A DNA stretch of 61,496 bases, filler included, from 5 parts of 5 records of this genome joined end to end with filler, not necessarily neighbours in it, one strand, 5' to 3'; positions 13,701 to 24,128 are shown, counted from the whole stretch's first letter. Notes: a model not told the origin generated them from the sequence alone. Program-made: numbers and translations.

Positions 13701-15191
13701 GACGGCGCCGGGGGCGTGTCGTGCGCTGCGTGCCCGCCCGGCGCCGACTGCTCGGCGGGCGGAACGAGCCTGCGTACGATGATACCGCTCCGTGGATTTT
13801 GGCGCTCCAGTCCTACGTCCACCACGTTTTATACGTGCGCAACAATACAAGCGTGCAGCTCAACGGCGGGCAGTGCTGGAAGTGGGCTCGCGAGCGCGGC
13901 AGGGAGCTCTGGATGTGCCGCGGGGTACAAGGGCGTCGCCTGCGGCGAGTGCGAGAATGGATACTTCCGCCGCGGCTACTTGTGCAATGAGTGCCTGTCC
14001 GACGCGGGATCGATTGTAATTCTTGTCCTCTTTCTTGTGTTGATGATTTTGATTGCCCGATGGGTCTTCAAGCCGGCCGGAAGCGGTCAGAAGAACAAGA
14101 GTCGCACTACGGTCGTAAAGATTCTCATCGGTTTCGTGCAGGTCAACGCGCTGTCGCAGGAGTTCGAAGTTGTCTGGCCCGAGTCGTATTCGCAGTCTCT
14201 GGCCGCCATGAGCATCTTGCAGCTCGACCTCATGCAGTTTTCCTCGATTTCCTGCCTCATGTCGACATCGTTTTTCCAGGGGATGCTGGCATCGCTTCTC
14301 TTCCCCGCTGCTGTGCTTCTCGCGCTCTACGGGTGGCACTTTCGTCAGCTCGCTGCAGACCAAGACGAGCAAGAGGTGCGGCAAAACTTGTCCAAAAACA
14401 TTGCTCTAGTACTTCTCGTTGCGTACCCAGGTATCATTGGCAAAGGACTCGCGTTTTTCAACTGTCGTGACATCGATGGAGTGCGATACCTCAAGGCGGA
14501 CTACGGTATCGAGTGCGGATCAGGCGAGTACAACTCGTACATCGCCCTTGCCGTTCTATTGTTGGCAATCGGAGCGCTCATTCCCGGTGCGCTGCTGTAC
14601 AAGCTGGTGAAGAAACGGAACAATCTCACAGACACGGCCACTCAAGCCAAGTACGGGGCGATGTATATTGATTTTCGGGAGAGTCTGTGGTTTTGGGAAT
14701 TCGTGCGAATGCTGTACCGCGTAATCCTGTGGGTGATTGCGGTATTCGTGTCCGTTTCCACGCAGCTCTTTGCAGCGTCTGTTGCAGCGTTCACGATGAT
14801 CCTTTTGCACAGCACCATGCAGCCGTATGAAGAACGCGATAAGAATGCTCTCGAGGCTTTTTCGCTCGTACTTCAGTACGCAGGGCTGTTTATGGGAATG
14901 GCGTACCGAGGCGGCTTTGTCTCGTCGAGCAACGGCGCCGCGGCGGCTCTGCTCATCATCCTGCAGATCCTCCCGTTTGCAGCTGTTGTGGCGCACGGGC
15001 TGTGGAATGTAGAGAGCGTTCGACAGGTCCTGGAGCGACGCAGTGCTCCAGCGCGTCGTGTCTTTGAGCGAATGCTGAGCTTCAGTAGTACGGGAAAGCG
15101 CGCGGACGATGACATTGCGACGCTGGAATCGAGCACGTCGAGCAGCGCGGCCGTGGAGATGAGCGCGGTCGGCGGCACAAGCCGCGCGTAG
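7719..15191 (+). CDS. Spliced giant surface protein (>1800 aa): signal peptide, EGF-like domain, FG-GAP/beta-propeller, Ig-like beta-sandwich repeats, CxxC-PxG Cys-rich repeats, multi-pass TM domain
   Basis: ORFs 9683-13456 and 13569-15191 join in frame across a GTACGT...TAG intron at 13449-13587 (CAAG|KFANVSG). Exon 8982-9093 splices in frame to 9802, giving TC-N-ANAAL...CVCAYGFRGDGSIC (EGF-like). FG-GAP-like FGKSVQLSDTGAILVVGAP...GAVYVY. The 5' exon 7719-7788 (MAGPRIQVTCFLLLCGLYTAVSS, donor GTGCGC) and exons between 8463 and 8901 are tentative. Confidence 0.8.
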
Positions 15192-15550
15192 ACTACGAAA
15201 CTCTCACGCGAACACCGCTCGCCGCGTACTCAGTCGCTGGCATTGTAAAGGAGGTAATCATTTGCAAATAAATGGGAAGAAGCGCGCCTACCTGGAAACA
15301 AAAGATCCGAGGCATTTCACAGACTCGCATGTGGTTTTCGCGCTTTTTTGTTTCTTTTCTGTATGCCCTGTCGTTGCGCGACAAAGTTTAGCACGTTTCC
15401 GCGTGAGATCCGTTGGATGTAAACTGCCGTAGAAACGGAAACTCGTTGCCGAATGTTTTCTTACATACTCGCTGACACCAACCAACAGCGAAGCATCTTG
15501 GCCTGTGTGGGTGGCATTCTCTTTCTTCCTCTTCTTCCTCGTGTTCGGAT

Positions 15551-15650
15551 NNNNNNNNNNNNNNNNNNNNNNNNNNNNNNNNNNNNNNNNNNNNTTAATT
15601 AATTAANNNNNNNNNNNNNNNNNNNNNNNNNNNNNNNNNNNNNNNNNNNN
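15551..15650. other. Artificial contig linker (N44-TTAATTAATTAA-N44)
   Basis: N runs around a 12-mer that puts stops in all six frames; composition and gene style change abruptly across it. Confidence 0.99.
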
Positions 15651-15698
15651 TGGACGGGCCCACCCGATCCCGGCGCGGGCCCTCTGGAGGGAGAGACG

Positions 15699-16595
15699 TT
15701 ACCCGTAGCGCTTTTCGTTGAGCGCCTGGATGCGATCGTCCAGCGGCGGGTGCGAGCGGAACAGGGCGGCCAGGCCGTGGCGCACGCCGCTGTTGATACC
15801 GAAGGCGACCAACGAATCCGGCATCTGGTTGGGCACCTCGTACTCCGCTTTCAGGCGCTGCAGGGCGCTGACCATGTCACGACGGTCGGCCAGTTGCGCG
15901 CCGGCCACGTCGGCGCGGTATTCCCGGCGCCGCGAGAACCACATGACGATGGTGCTGGCGGCGATGCCGAAGATGATCTCGGCAATGAACACCACGATGT
16001 AGTAGCCGAAGCCCAGGCCGCCTTCGCCGTCGCGGCGCAGGAAGCTGTCCACCACCGAGCCGACCACGCGGGCGGCGAAGATCACGAAGGTGTTCACCAC
16101 GCCCTGGATCAGGCTCAGGGTGACCATGTCGCCGTTGGCCACGTGGCCGATTTCATGGGCCAGCACGGCGCGCACTTCTTCCGGGCGGAAGCGTTGCAGC
16201 ATGCCCTGGGAGACCGCCACCAGGGCGGCGTTCTTGTTCCAGCCGGTGGCGAAGGCGTTGGACTGCTGGGCGGGGAACACGCCCACTTCCGGCATGCCGA
16301 TGCCGGCTTTCTCGGACAGCTCGCGGACCGTGTCCAGCAGCCATTTTTCGCCGCTGTTGGAGGGCTGCTTGATGATCTGCGCCCGGGTCGACCACTTGGC
16401 CATGGGCTTGGATATCAGCAGTGAAATAAACGAACCGGCGAAGCCGAACACGGCGCTGAAGATCAGCAGGTTGCCCAGATCCAGTCCGGTGCCGCTTTGC
16501 GCCAGATAGGAATTCACGCCCAGCAGGCTGAGCGTGATACTGGCCACCACGATGACCGCCAGGTTGGTAAGCAAGAACAGCGCGATGCGCATCAT
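15699..16595 (-). CDS. htpX: Zinc metalloprotease HtpX (M48)
   Basis: [14 protein letters not shown] start, NAFATG, HEIGH zinc motif followed by [27 protein letters not shown]. Confidence 0.96.
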   Translation of the reverse strand: MMRIALFLLTNLAVIVVASITLSLLGVNSYLAQSGTGLDLGNLLIFSAVFGFAGSFISLLISKPMAKWSTRAQIIKQPSNSGEKWLLDTVRELSEKAGIGMPEVGVFPAQQSNAFATGWNKNAALVAVSQGMLQRFRPEEVRAVLAHEIGHVANGDMVTLSLIQGVVNTFVIFAARVVGSVVDSFLRRDGEGGLGFGYYIVVFIAEIIFGIAASTIVMWFSRRREYRADVAGAQLADRRDMVSALQRLKAEYEVPNQMPDSLVAFGINSGVRHGLAALFRSHPPLDDRIQALNEKRYG

Positions 16596-16709
16596 TGAGG
16601 TCGATCTCCAAAACCAAAAGGACGTTGTCAAACCGATCGTTAAATGGGGGCGGCGCGGTTGTCTTCAAGCGCCCCGGCGGCGATACTCGCCGGTTTCCAT
16701 CGGTCCTTG

Positions 16710-17639
16710 ATGCGCATGCCTTCCCCCGATTCGATAGACCTGCTCAGCCCCTTTCTGGTTCCCCCGAGCGACGCTCGCCACCGGCTTTTTCACGGCCGTG
16801 GCAAGACGCTGCCAGGCTGGGAAGGGCTCACCCTGGACCGGTTCCCGCCGGTGCTGGTGGCGACCCTGTTCGACGACTACCCTCCGGCCACGCTGGCGGC
16901 GCTGGAGCAGCGCCTCGGCGAGGCCCTGCCGGGGCTGGGTTGCGACACCCTGGTGTTCCAGCACCGCCACCGCCGGCCGGCGGTCACCGAGGTGCGGCGC
17001 GGCGCTCTGCCGGAGACCGCCTGGGCGGAGGAGGGCGGCCTGCGCTACCGGCTCGATTTCCAGCGTGGCCAGAACCTGGGGTTCTTCGCGGACATGGCGC
17101 CGGGGCGGGCCTGGCTGCGGGAGCGCGCCGAGGGCAAGCGGGTGCTCAACCTGTTCAGCTTTACCTGTGCGTTCTCCGTGGCGGCGCTGGCCGGCGGCGC
17201 CCACTCGGTGGTCAACATCGACCTGTCCCGGCCGGCGCTGGCGCTGGGCCGGGAAAACCAGAACGCCAACGGTTTCGCCGACGCCCGGGTGCATTATCTG
17301 CCGCATAACGTGTTTCGCAGTTGGAAGAAGCTGCACGCCCTGGGCCGTTACGATCTGATCGTGGCGGACCCGCCCAGCGCCCAGAAGGGCAGCTTTCTGG
17401 TGGAACGGGACTACCCCAAGGTTCTGGCCCGGCTGAGCAAGCTGCTGGCGCCGGAGGCGGAACTGCTGCTGTGCCTGAACGCCCCCTGGCTGCCGGCGGA
17501 CTGGTTGCGGGAGCAGGCGGCGGAGCGGCTGCCCGGCGCCACCTTCGAAGGCCGGCTGCCGGGCGCGGCCGGTTTCGACGAGGCCGCCGAACCGGCGCTC
17601 AAGGCGCTGGCGTACCGCTATCGGCGGCCGGCGCCTTAA
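16710..17639 (+). CDS. Class I SAM-dependent methyltransferase (RlmI/YwbD-like, Methyltrans_SAM family)
   Basis: RLFHGRG, GQNLGFFADM, VLNLFSFTCAFSVAA (motif I), YDLIVADPPS. Start is 16710 or 16716. Confidence 0.85.
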   Translation: MRMPSPDSIDLLSPFLVPPSDARHRLFHGRGKTLPGWEGLTLDRFPPVLVATLFDDYPPATLAALEQRLGEALPGLGCDTLVFQHRHRRPAVTEVRRGALPETAWAEEGGLRYRLDFQRGQNLGFFADMAPGRAWLRERAEGKRVLNLFSFTCAFSVAALAGGAHSVVNIDLSRPALALGRENQNANGFADARVHYLPHNVFRSWKKLHALGRYDLIVADPPSAQKGSFLVERDYPKVLARLSKLLAPEAELLLCLNAPWLPADWLREQAAERLPGATFEGRLPGAAGFDEAAEPALKALAYRYRRPAP

Positions 17640-19557
17640 GCGGTTTCAGGGGGTTGCCGAAGCGCGCCCGGAACGCCTGGCCGATTTCCTGGGCGCCGAT
17701 GTAATTGAGATGGCTCTCGTCGCGGTAGAGCGGGATGCCGTCCAGCACCGTCTGGCAACGCTCTGCGTCGCACAGCACGCGGCTCGGGTCGATCCAGTTC
17801 ACGCTTGGGAAGCGTGCCTGCACGTCGCGCTGGAAGCGGTTGAAGTCACGCCGCTGGTCGGCCGCGTCGGCGGCGTCGATGCTGCAGTCTTCCAGACCCT
17901 TCAAGCGGCACTGCGCGTGCGCGTCGGAGGGCAGCTCCGGCACCCCTTCAAGCACCACCACCCGGTGGCCCTGGTCGAGTAGCCAGTCGATGGTTTCCAG
18001 AAAGTAGTCGTGGAAGTCCGTCGACCGCAGGTAGGAGTTCCACCAGGCCGAGATAAACACCGTCATCGGCTCCTGCTTGAGGTACTCGGTGAGGGCCCGG
18101 TTGCGCACGATCTTCTCTTCGTCGCCGGGGAACGCCTGCTCCGTCAGCTCACCGGGAATAAACGGCGTGGAGGCCTGCGTGACCATCAACAGGGACAGGT
18201 CGGTGCTCTCCAGGAAGACTTCCATGAAGCCGATCAGCGCGATGGCGTGGGAATCGCCGATCAGCACGCTGTCCGGCCGCTCACCCTCTGCCAGCGGCTG
18301 GCCGAACAGGCAGGCTTCGTCGCGCACGAAATCCCGGGTGGGGCCTTTGAAGCACGGCTCGTGCACGTCGGCGCTGTCGTTCTGCACGATGATCTTGTAG
18401 AGGTCGCGGCGTTCCTCGGGGATGCGGAAACTGAGGTCGTCGGCGATGCGGATGGTGGACTGGATCGCCCAGATGATCAGCAGCGGCACCAACACCAGAA
18501 TCTTGAAGGCCCGCTTGAAATTCCAGGGGCGGCGCCGCAGCGGGTTTTCCACCAGCTTGTAACCCAGCCAGGACGCCAGCAGTACCGCCGCCAGCAGGCC
18601 CAGACGAATCGGCCAGGTCAGCTCGATCAGCTGGTAGTGCAACAGCGCCACCGGCGGCCAGTGCCACAGGTACAAGGAGTAGGAGAGCCCGCCCAGGAAC
18701 ACCATCACCGGCAGGCTGAGCAGGCGGGCGGTGACCGTGCCCGGCTGCACCAGCCCGGCCTGGATCACCATGGCCGTGCCCAGCGTCGGCCACAGGGCGT
18801 TGAAGCCGGGGAAGGGATCGTTGCTGGTCAGGAATACGGCGGTGGCGAGAATCATCGCCACGCCGGCCACCGCCAGCGCTTCCGCCTGCCTGGGCCCCAG
18901 CGCCGGCAGGCGGTGGCCGTACAGGGCCACGCCGGCCCCCAGCATGAATTCGAACAGCCGCGCCGGCGGCAGATAAAACGCCGCCTTGGGGTGGGTATGG
19001 GCGAGGTAGACGGAGAGCAGCAGGGCGGCGATCAACAGGGTCAGGAACACCAGCGGCGAGCTGGTCAGCCGCCCGCTGCGCCAGGCCCACAATGTCGCCG
19101 CCGGCCACAGCAGGTAGAACTGCTCTTCCACCGCCAGCGACCAGGTGTGCAGCAGTGACAGGCTGCGGGTTTCCGGCGCGAAATACTGGCTCAGTTCAGT
19201 GAAGTAGTAGAGGTTGCTGATCCCCATCAGCGAGGCCAGCCAGCTCTTGGCGAAGATGTAGTAATCGTCGCCGATATAGAACGGCGAAATAATCAAAAAG
19301 GTGACGGTGGAGACCAGCAGAAAGGCCGGCACCAGGCGGCGGATACGGCGCGCATAGAAGTCGCCGAAGCGGAAGCCGCCCTGGTTCATCTGGCGGGTCA
19401 GCAAACCGGTGATCACGAAACCGGAGATCACGAAAAACACGTCGACGCCGATAAAGCCGCCGCTGATACCCGGAAACTCAAAGTGGTACACGATGACCAG
19501 TAAAACGGCGAGCGCCCTCAGACCCTCGATGTCCGGGCGGTATCGTAAAGCTGTCAT
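17599..19557 (-). CDS. Acyltransferase family 3 fused to a C-terminal SGNH domain (OatA/OafA-like O-acetyltransferase)
   Basis: YRPDIEGLRALAV, GGFIGVDVFFVISGFVIT, HTWSLAVEEQFY, SYSLYLWHWP; SGNH motifs GDSHA and DESH (DxxH). Confidence 0.92.
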   Translation of the reverse strand: MTALRYRPDIEGLRALAVLLVIVYHFEFPGISGGFIGVDVFFVISGFVITGLLTRQMNQGGFRFGDFYARRIRRLVPAFLLVSTVTFLIISPFYIGDDYYIFAKSWLASLMGISNLYYFTELSQYFAPETRSLSLLHTWSLAVEEQFYLLWPAATLWAWRSGRLTSSPLVFLTLLIAALLLSVYLAHTHPKAAFYLPPARLFEFMLGAGVALYGHRLPALGPRQAEALAVAGVAMILATAVFLTSNDPFPGFNALWPTLGTAMVIQAGLVQPGTVTARLLSLPVMVFLGGLSYSLYLWHWPPVALLHYQLIELTWPIRLGLLAAVLLASWLGYKLVENPLRRRPWNFKRAFKILVLVPLLIIWAIQSTIRIADDLSFRIPEERRDLYKIIVQNDSADVHEPCFKGPTRDFVRDEACLFGQPLAEGERPDSVLIGDSHAIALIGFMEVFLESTDLSLLMVTQASTPFIPGELTEQAFPGDEEKIVRNRALTEYLKQEPMTVFISAWWNSYLRSTDFHDYFLETIDWLLDQGHRVVVLEGVPELPSDAHAQCRLKGLEDCSIDAADAADQRRDFNRFQRDVQARFPSVNWIDPSRVLCDAERCQTVLDGIPLYRDESHLNYIGAQEIGQAFRARFGNPLKPLKAPAADSGTPAP

Positions 19558-19620
19558 TGTTTCCCCAAGTCCCGCTATAGCGCGGGTCCCATGAAAACCG
19601 TCCTTGGGTGAAGTGGACGT

Positions 19621-20055
19621 TCAGGCGGTGGCGCGGGCCAGGAAATGGCGCACCAGCGCTGAGATTCGCGTGGAATCCCGGGCGGCCAGGGCGGTGCGGA
19701 ACTGCTCCGCCAGGGTGGCGCGCTCCAGTTGTACGCTGACGGGCAGGTCCGGGTCCGCTTGCGGGTCCGGATCGCCGGTGGCGGTGAGCAGGGTGAAGGC
19801 GCGGTTGCTGAGCACCGCCTGTTCAATGCCCTCTTGGTAGAGGGTGCTCTGGTAACGCAGGTAACCCTCTTCAGCCAGCCACAGCATTGCCCCCAGACAG
19901 GCCATGTGCCTCTTGCCGTGCAGCCCCGCCTCGTCCAGTTGGTCAGGGCCGCTGATGTCTTCCACATAGACGGCCTGGGGGCGCGGAAAGTTCATATACA
20001 GCTGCAACAGTATGCGCGCCACGTCCTGGCTGAAGTCGTCGATGTGCAGATGCAT
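19621..20055 (-). CDS. Conserved hypothetical protein, probably co-transcribed with alaA
   Basis: 144-aa ORF starting 4 nt after the alaA stop, with typical codon pattern; contains LWLAEEGYLRY. Confidence 0.75.
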   Translation of the reverse strand: MHLHIDDFSQDVARILLQLYMNFPRPQAVYVEDISGPDQLDEAGLHGKRHMACLGAMLWLAEEGYLRYQSTLYQEGIEQAVLSNRAFTLLTATGDPDPQADPDLPVSVQLERATLAEQFRTALAARDSTRISALVRHFLARATA

Positions 20056-20059
20056 GGGA

Positions 20060-21289
20060 TTACTTCTTTCTGATCCGGTCCAGATAGTTGGCGATGCGGC
20101 CGATGGAATCCTCCAGATCGTCCATGCGCGGCAGGAACACCACCCGGAAATGGTCCGGGTCGGGCCAGTTGAACGCGGTGCCCTGGACGATCAGCACTTT
20201 TTCCTGGCGCAGCAGGTCCAGCGCGAAGGCTTCGTCGTCCTGGAACGGAAACACCTTGGGATCCAGACGCGGAAACAGGTAGAGCGCGGACTTGGGTTTG
20301 ACGCAGCTGACACCGGGGATCGAGCTGAGCATGTCCCAGGCCTTGTCGCGCTGGCGGCCCAGGCGCCCGGTGGGCAGCACCAGGTCGCCGATGCTCTGGT
20401 AACCGCCCAGCGCGGTCTGGATCGCGTGCTGGCTGGGCACGTTGGCGCACAGCCGCATGCTGGCCAGCATGTCCAGGCCCTCGATGTAATTCTCGGCGCG
20501 GTACTTGGCGCCGGAGATCACCATCCAGCCGGCGCGGAAGCCGGCGGCGCGATAGTTCTTGGACAGCCCGTTGAAGGTGATGAACAGCAGGTCGTCGGCC
20601 ATCGACGCGATCGAGTGGTGCTCCTCGCCGTCATAGAGAATCTTGTCGTAGATCTCGTCGGCGAACACGATCAGGTCGTGCTCGCGGGCGATCTCCAGCA
20701 TTTCCTGCAGCAGCGCCTTGTCGTAGTTGGCGCCGGTGGGGTTGTTGGGGTTGATGATCACCATCGCGCGGGTGCGGTCGGTGATTTTGGAACGCAGATC
20801 GTCCAGCGCCGGTTGCCAGTCCTGCTTTTCATCGCACAGGTAATGCACCGGGTTGCCGCCGGACAAACGCACGGCGGCGGTCCACAGCGGGTAGTCCGGC
20901 GCCGGCAGCAGCACCTCGTCGCCATAGTTGAGCAACGCCTGCATCGCCATCACGATCAGTTCCGAGACGCCGTTGCCGATGATGATGTCGTCGACCGTGA
21001 CGTTTTCGATGCCCTTGGTCTGGGTATACTGCATCACCGCCTTGCGGGCCGGGAACAGGCCCTTGGAATGGCAGTAGCCGGTGGAATCCGGCAGGTTGTG
21101 AATCACGTCCTGCAGCAGCTCTTCGGGCGCTTCGAAGCCGAACGGCGCCGGGTTGCCGATGTTGAGCTTGATCACCCGGTGGCCTTCGTCCTCCAGGCGG
21201 TGCGCTTCACGCAGCACCGGGCCGCGGATGTCGTAGCAGACGCCTTTGAGTTTGTCGGATTTGTTGATCGTGGTTTGATGACCGCTCAT
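20060..21289 (-). CDS. alaA: PLP-dependent glutamate-pyruvate aminotransferase AlaA/YfbQ
   Basis: VCYDIRGPV, KLNIGNPAPFGF, INPNNPTGA, DEIYDKI, GLSKNYRAAGFRAGW (PLP lysine), RLCANVPSQ. Confidence 0.93.
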   Translation of the reverse strand: MSGHQTTINKSDKLKGVCYDIRGPVLREAHRLEDEGHRVIKLNIGNPAPFGFEAPEELLQDVIHNLPDSTGYCHSKGLFPARKAVMQYTQTKGIENVTVDDIIIGNGVSELIVMAMQALLNYGDEVLLPAPDYPLWTAAVRLSGGNPVHYLCDEKQDWQPALDDLRSKITDRTRAMVIINPNNPTGANYDKALLQEMLEIAREHDLIVFADEIYDKILYDGEEHHSIASMADDLLFITFNGLSKNYRAAGFRAGWMVISGAKYRAENYIEGLDMLASMRLCANVPSQHAIQTALGGYQSIGDLVLPTGRLGRQRDKAWDMLSSIPGVSCVKPKSALYLFPRLDPKVFPFQDDEAFALDLLRQEKVLIVQGTAFNWPDPDHFRVVFLPRMDDLEDSIGRIANYLDRIRKK

Positions 21290-21380
21290 GAATACTGCCC
21301 GTCCTGATCCGGCGTTAGGCTAAAGACCGGATTCTACAATGGCGGGAAAACACTGTATACGAAGCAGCCGGGAGCATTTG

Positions 21381-22049
21381 ATGATCGAGTTCAAGGACCT
21401 GCTGGCCCTGGCGGTGAACCGCAAGGGCGGCCTCAAGCCGGTGGAAGCGCAACTGCCGGCGGTGAAGAGCGCCGCCCAGCTGCGCCGCCCGGACGACGCC
21501 TTTTATTTTTCCGCGCTCACGCGGCGCGTGTTCCGGGCCGGGCTCAAGCACTCTCTGGTGGACGCCAAATGGCCGGCGTTCGAAGAGGCGTTCTTCGGTT
21601 TCGATCCGGACAAGCTGGTGCTGATGCCGGACAGCATGCTCGAGGAGCGCATGCAGGACACCCGGCTGATCCGCCATTGGGGCAAGATCAAGGCGATCCG
21701 CCATAATGCCCAGCTGGTGCTCGACCTGCGCCGCGAATACGGCAGCATGGGCCGTTGGCTGGCGGACTGGCCGGCGGAGGACACCGTCGGTATGTGGATC
21801 CTGCTGAAAAAGCGCGGCAAGCAGCTCGGCGGCAATTCCGGCGCCGCCTTCCTGCGCATGGTGGGGCGCGACACCTGGTACCCCACCGACGATGTGATCA
21901 GCGTGCTCCGCGCCCACCGCATCATCGACAAAAACCTGTCGAGCCAGCGCGATCAGCGCGCGGCGCAGGCGGCGTTCAACCAGTGGCAGAGCGAATCCGG
22001 CCGTCCGCAGGCCCACATCAGCAAGGTACTGGCGCTCACGGTTGGGTAA
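21381..22049 (+). CDS. DNA-3-methyladenine glycosylase I (Tag)-like protein
   Basis: RVFRAGLKHSLVDAKWPAFEEAFFGFDP and LIRHWGKIKAIRHNA match the adenine glycosylase family; GGAG RBS upstream. Confidence 0.8.
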   Translation: MIEFKDLLALAVNRKGGLKPVEAQLPAVKSAAQLRRPDDAFYFSALTRRVFRAGLKHSLVDAKWPAFEEAFFGFDPDKLVLMPDSMLEERMQDTRLIRHWGKIKAIRHNAQLVLDLRREYGSMGRWLADWPAEDTVGMWILLKKRGKQLGGNSGAAFLRMVGRDTWYPTDDVISVLRAHRIIDKNLSSQRDQRAAQAAFNQWQSESGRPQAHISKVLALTVG

Positions 22050-22055
22050 AACCCT

Positions 22056-22101
22056 TTGACACAGCGGGTCTGGGAAGGGAACATAAATAAGAATTATTCA
22101 C
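22056..22101 (+). promoter_or_regulatory. Putative sigma70 -35 (TTGACA) plus Fur-box-like site upstream of the iron permease
   Basis: TTGACA at 22056-22061. AT-rich ATAAATAAGAATTATTCAC at 22083-22101 matches 11/19 of GATAATGATAATCATTATC and lies directly upstream of an FTR1 gene. Confidence 0.55.
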
Positions 22102-22125
22102 TTTTAGACGCTGGAATCCGGATCC

Positions 22126-24045
22126 ATGGTTCTCATCGAGCGGCGCCCCCTGGGCGTTTTTTTGTTGCTGTGCTTTTTCATGCTGACCGCCACCGCCCGG
22201 GCGGCGGACCAGACCGCCCTGGTACAGCTGGTGGAGTACGTCGGCGCGGACTACGTTAACGCGGTGCAGGACGGCGAGATCGCCAGCGAGGCGGAATACG
22301 CCGAAATGGACGAGTTCACCCGCCTGTTGAGCGAGGGCATCGCCACCCTGGACGACGTGGAAGGCAAGCAGCGGCTGGCCGACCAGGCGCAACAGCTGGA
22401 AGCCGCCGTCGACGACAAGGCGCCGGAGGCGCGCATTCAGGAACTGGCGCAGAAAATCCGCGGCACCCTGGTGACGGTGTACGGCCTGCCGGTGATTCCC
22501 AAAACCGCGCCGGATATGGAGAAGGCCGCGCAGCTGTACCAGACCCACTGCGCCGCCTGCCACGGTGACGAAGGGCGTGGCGACGGCCCCGCCGGCGCGG
22601 CGCTGGAGCCGGCGCCCACCGATTTCCATGAGCGCGCCCGCTACATGGGCCGCTCCATGCTGGGGCTCTACACCACCATCACCGGCGGTGTGGACGGCAC
22701 CGGCATGGCCGCCTACGACGACCAGCTCAGCGACGCGGAGCGCTGGGCGCTGGCGTTCTACGTGGGCGGCAAGGCGGTGTCCGATCAGGAGGCCGACGCC
22801 GGCGAGCAGGCCCTGCGCGGCACGCCGGGCCTGAAAGCGGATATGACCCTGGACACGGTGATCGGCAAGGCCCCCGCGGACGTGCGCGACGAGATCGGTA
22901 AGCCGGCGGTCCAGGCCATGGGCTATCTGCGCCGTAATCCGGAAGCGCTGTTCAGCCAGAACCGCTTTATCGAAATCAGTGACGCCAAGCTGGGCGAGGC
23001 GGCCGGCCTGTACGCCGACGGCGACCGGGCGGCGGCCCGCGCCGCGGCGCTGTCGGCCTATCTGGACGGCTTCGAGATGATCGAGCAGCAGCTTGCGGCG
23101 GTGGACGGCGACCTGATGCGCGCCACCGAGCGCCGTTTCATGGCGGTGCGCCAGGCGATCGAACAGGGTGAAGAGCCCGCCGCGGTGGACGCCAGAGTGG
23201 CCGAGGCCCGCGACAGCCTGGCCGCCGCCGAGGACGCGCTCGGCGGCGACGGCCTGAGCGCCGCCGCCACCTTCTCGGCGAGTTTCTTCATCCTGTTCCG
23301 TGAGGGGCTGGAGGCGCTGCTGATCGTTGCCGCCTTGCTCACCTTCACCCGTAAAGCGGGCGCCCGCTCGGCCAGCCGTCATATCCACTTCGGCTGGGTG
23401 GCGGCGCTGATCGCCGGCGTGGCCACCTGGTTCGCCGCCTCCACGGTGATCAGCTTCAGCGGTGCCTCGCGGGAGCTGACCGAGGGCGTGGCCGGCCTGG
23501 CGGCGGCGGTGATCCTGTTCTACGTGGGCTTCTGGATGCACAGCAACAGCAACAGCCAGAAGTGGATGGGCTACATCAAGAGCAAGGTGGATAACGCCCT
23601 CGGCGCCGGCACCGTCTGGACCCTGACCCTGGTGGCGTTCATCTCCGTGTACCGGGAGATGTTCGAAACCATCCTGTTCTATCAGGCGCTCTGGACCCAG
23701 GTCACCGAAGCCACCCAGCCGTACCTGCTGTACGGGTTGCTGGCGGCCCTGGCGGCGCTGGCGGTGGTCTGCGTGCTGATCTTCCGCCTCGGTATGCGCC
23801 TGCCGCTGGGCCTGTTCTTCAAGGCCACCAGCCTGGTGCTGCTGGTGCTGTCGGTGATCCTGCTCGGCAAGGGCATCGCCGCCCTGCAGGAAGCCGGCCT
23901 CATCAATGCCACCTACATCGGCCTGCCGACGCTGGAGTGGATCGGTTTCTTCCCCACCCTGCAGGGCGCGCTCGCCCAGGCCGCCGCCGTGGTCCTGGCG
24001 GTGCTGGCCTGGTGGCGCGGTAACCGCGCCACTAAAGCAGGTTGA
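22126..24045 (+). CDS. Cytochrome c / FTR1-family iron permease fusion (PbrT/EfeU-like)
   Basis: Signal peptide, heme-binding CAACHG, and two RExxE motifs (REGLE, REMFE) within the TM domain. Confidence 0.92.
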   Translation: MVLIERRPLGVFLLLCFFMLTATARAADQTALVQLVEYVGADYVNAVQDGEIASEAEYAEMDEFTRLLSEGIATLDDVEGKQRLADQAQQLEAAVDDKAPEARIQELAQKIRGTLVTVYGLPVIPKTAPDMEKAAQLYQTHCAACHGDEGRGDGPAGAALEPAPTDFHERARYMGRSMLGLYTTITGGVDGTGMAAYDDQLSDAERWALAFYVGGKAVSDQEADAGEQALRGTPGLKADMTLDTVIGKAPADVRDEIGKPAVQAMGYLRRNPEALFSQNRFIEISDAKLGEAAGLYADGDRAAARAAALSAYLDGFEMIEQQLAAVDGDLMRATERRFMAVRQAIEQGEEPAAVDARVAEARDSLAAAEDALGGDGLSAAATFSASFFILFREGLEALLIVAALLTFTRKAGARSASRHIHFGWVAALIAGVATWFAASTVISFSGASRELTEGVAGLAAAVILFYVGFWMHSNSNSQKWMGYIKSKVDNALGAGTVWTLTLVAFISVYREMFETILFYQALWTQVTEATQPYLLYGLLAALAALAVVCVLIFRLGMRLPLGLFFKATSLVLLVLSVILLGKGIAALQEAGLINATYIGLPTLEWIGFFPTLQGALAQAAAVVLAVLAWWRGNRATKAG

Positions 24046-24096
24046 GAGCGCGCGGCAACCGCGCCACCAAGTAGGTCCTTCCCCGCACACCGTTCC

Positions 24097-24128
24097 ACCC
24101 GGGTCGCTCAGGCCCGGGTTTGCGTTTG
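24097..24128 (+). terminator. Possible intrinsic terminator after the iron permease gene
   Basis: ACCCGGGTC-GCTCA-GGCCCGGGT stem-loop followed by a weak T-rich tail (TTGCGTTTG). Confidence 0.4.
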
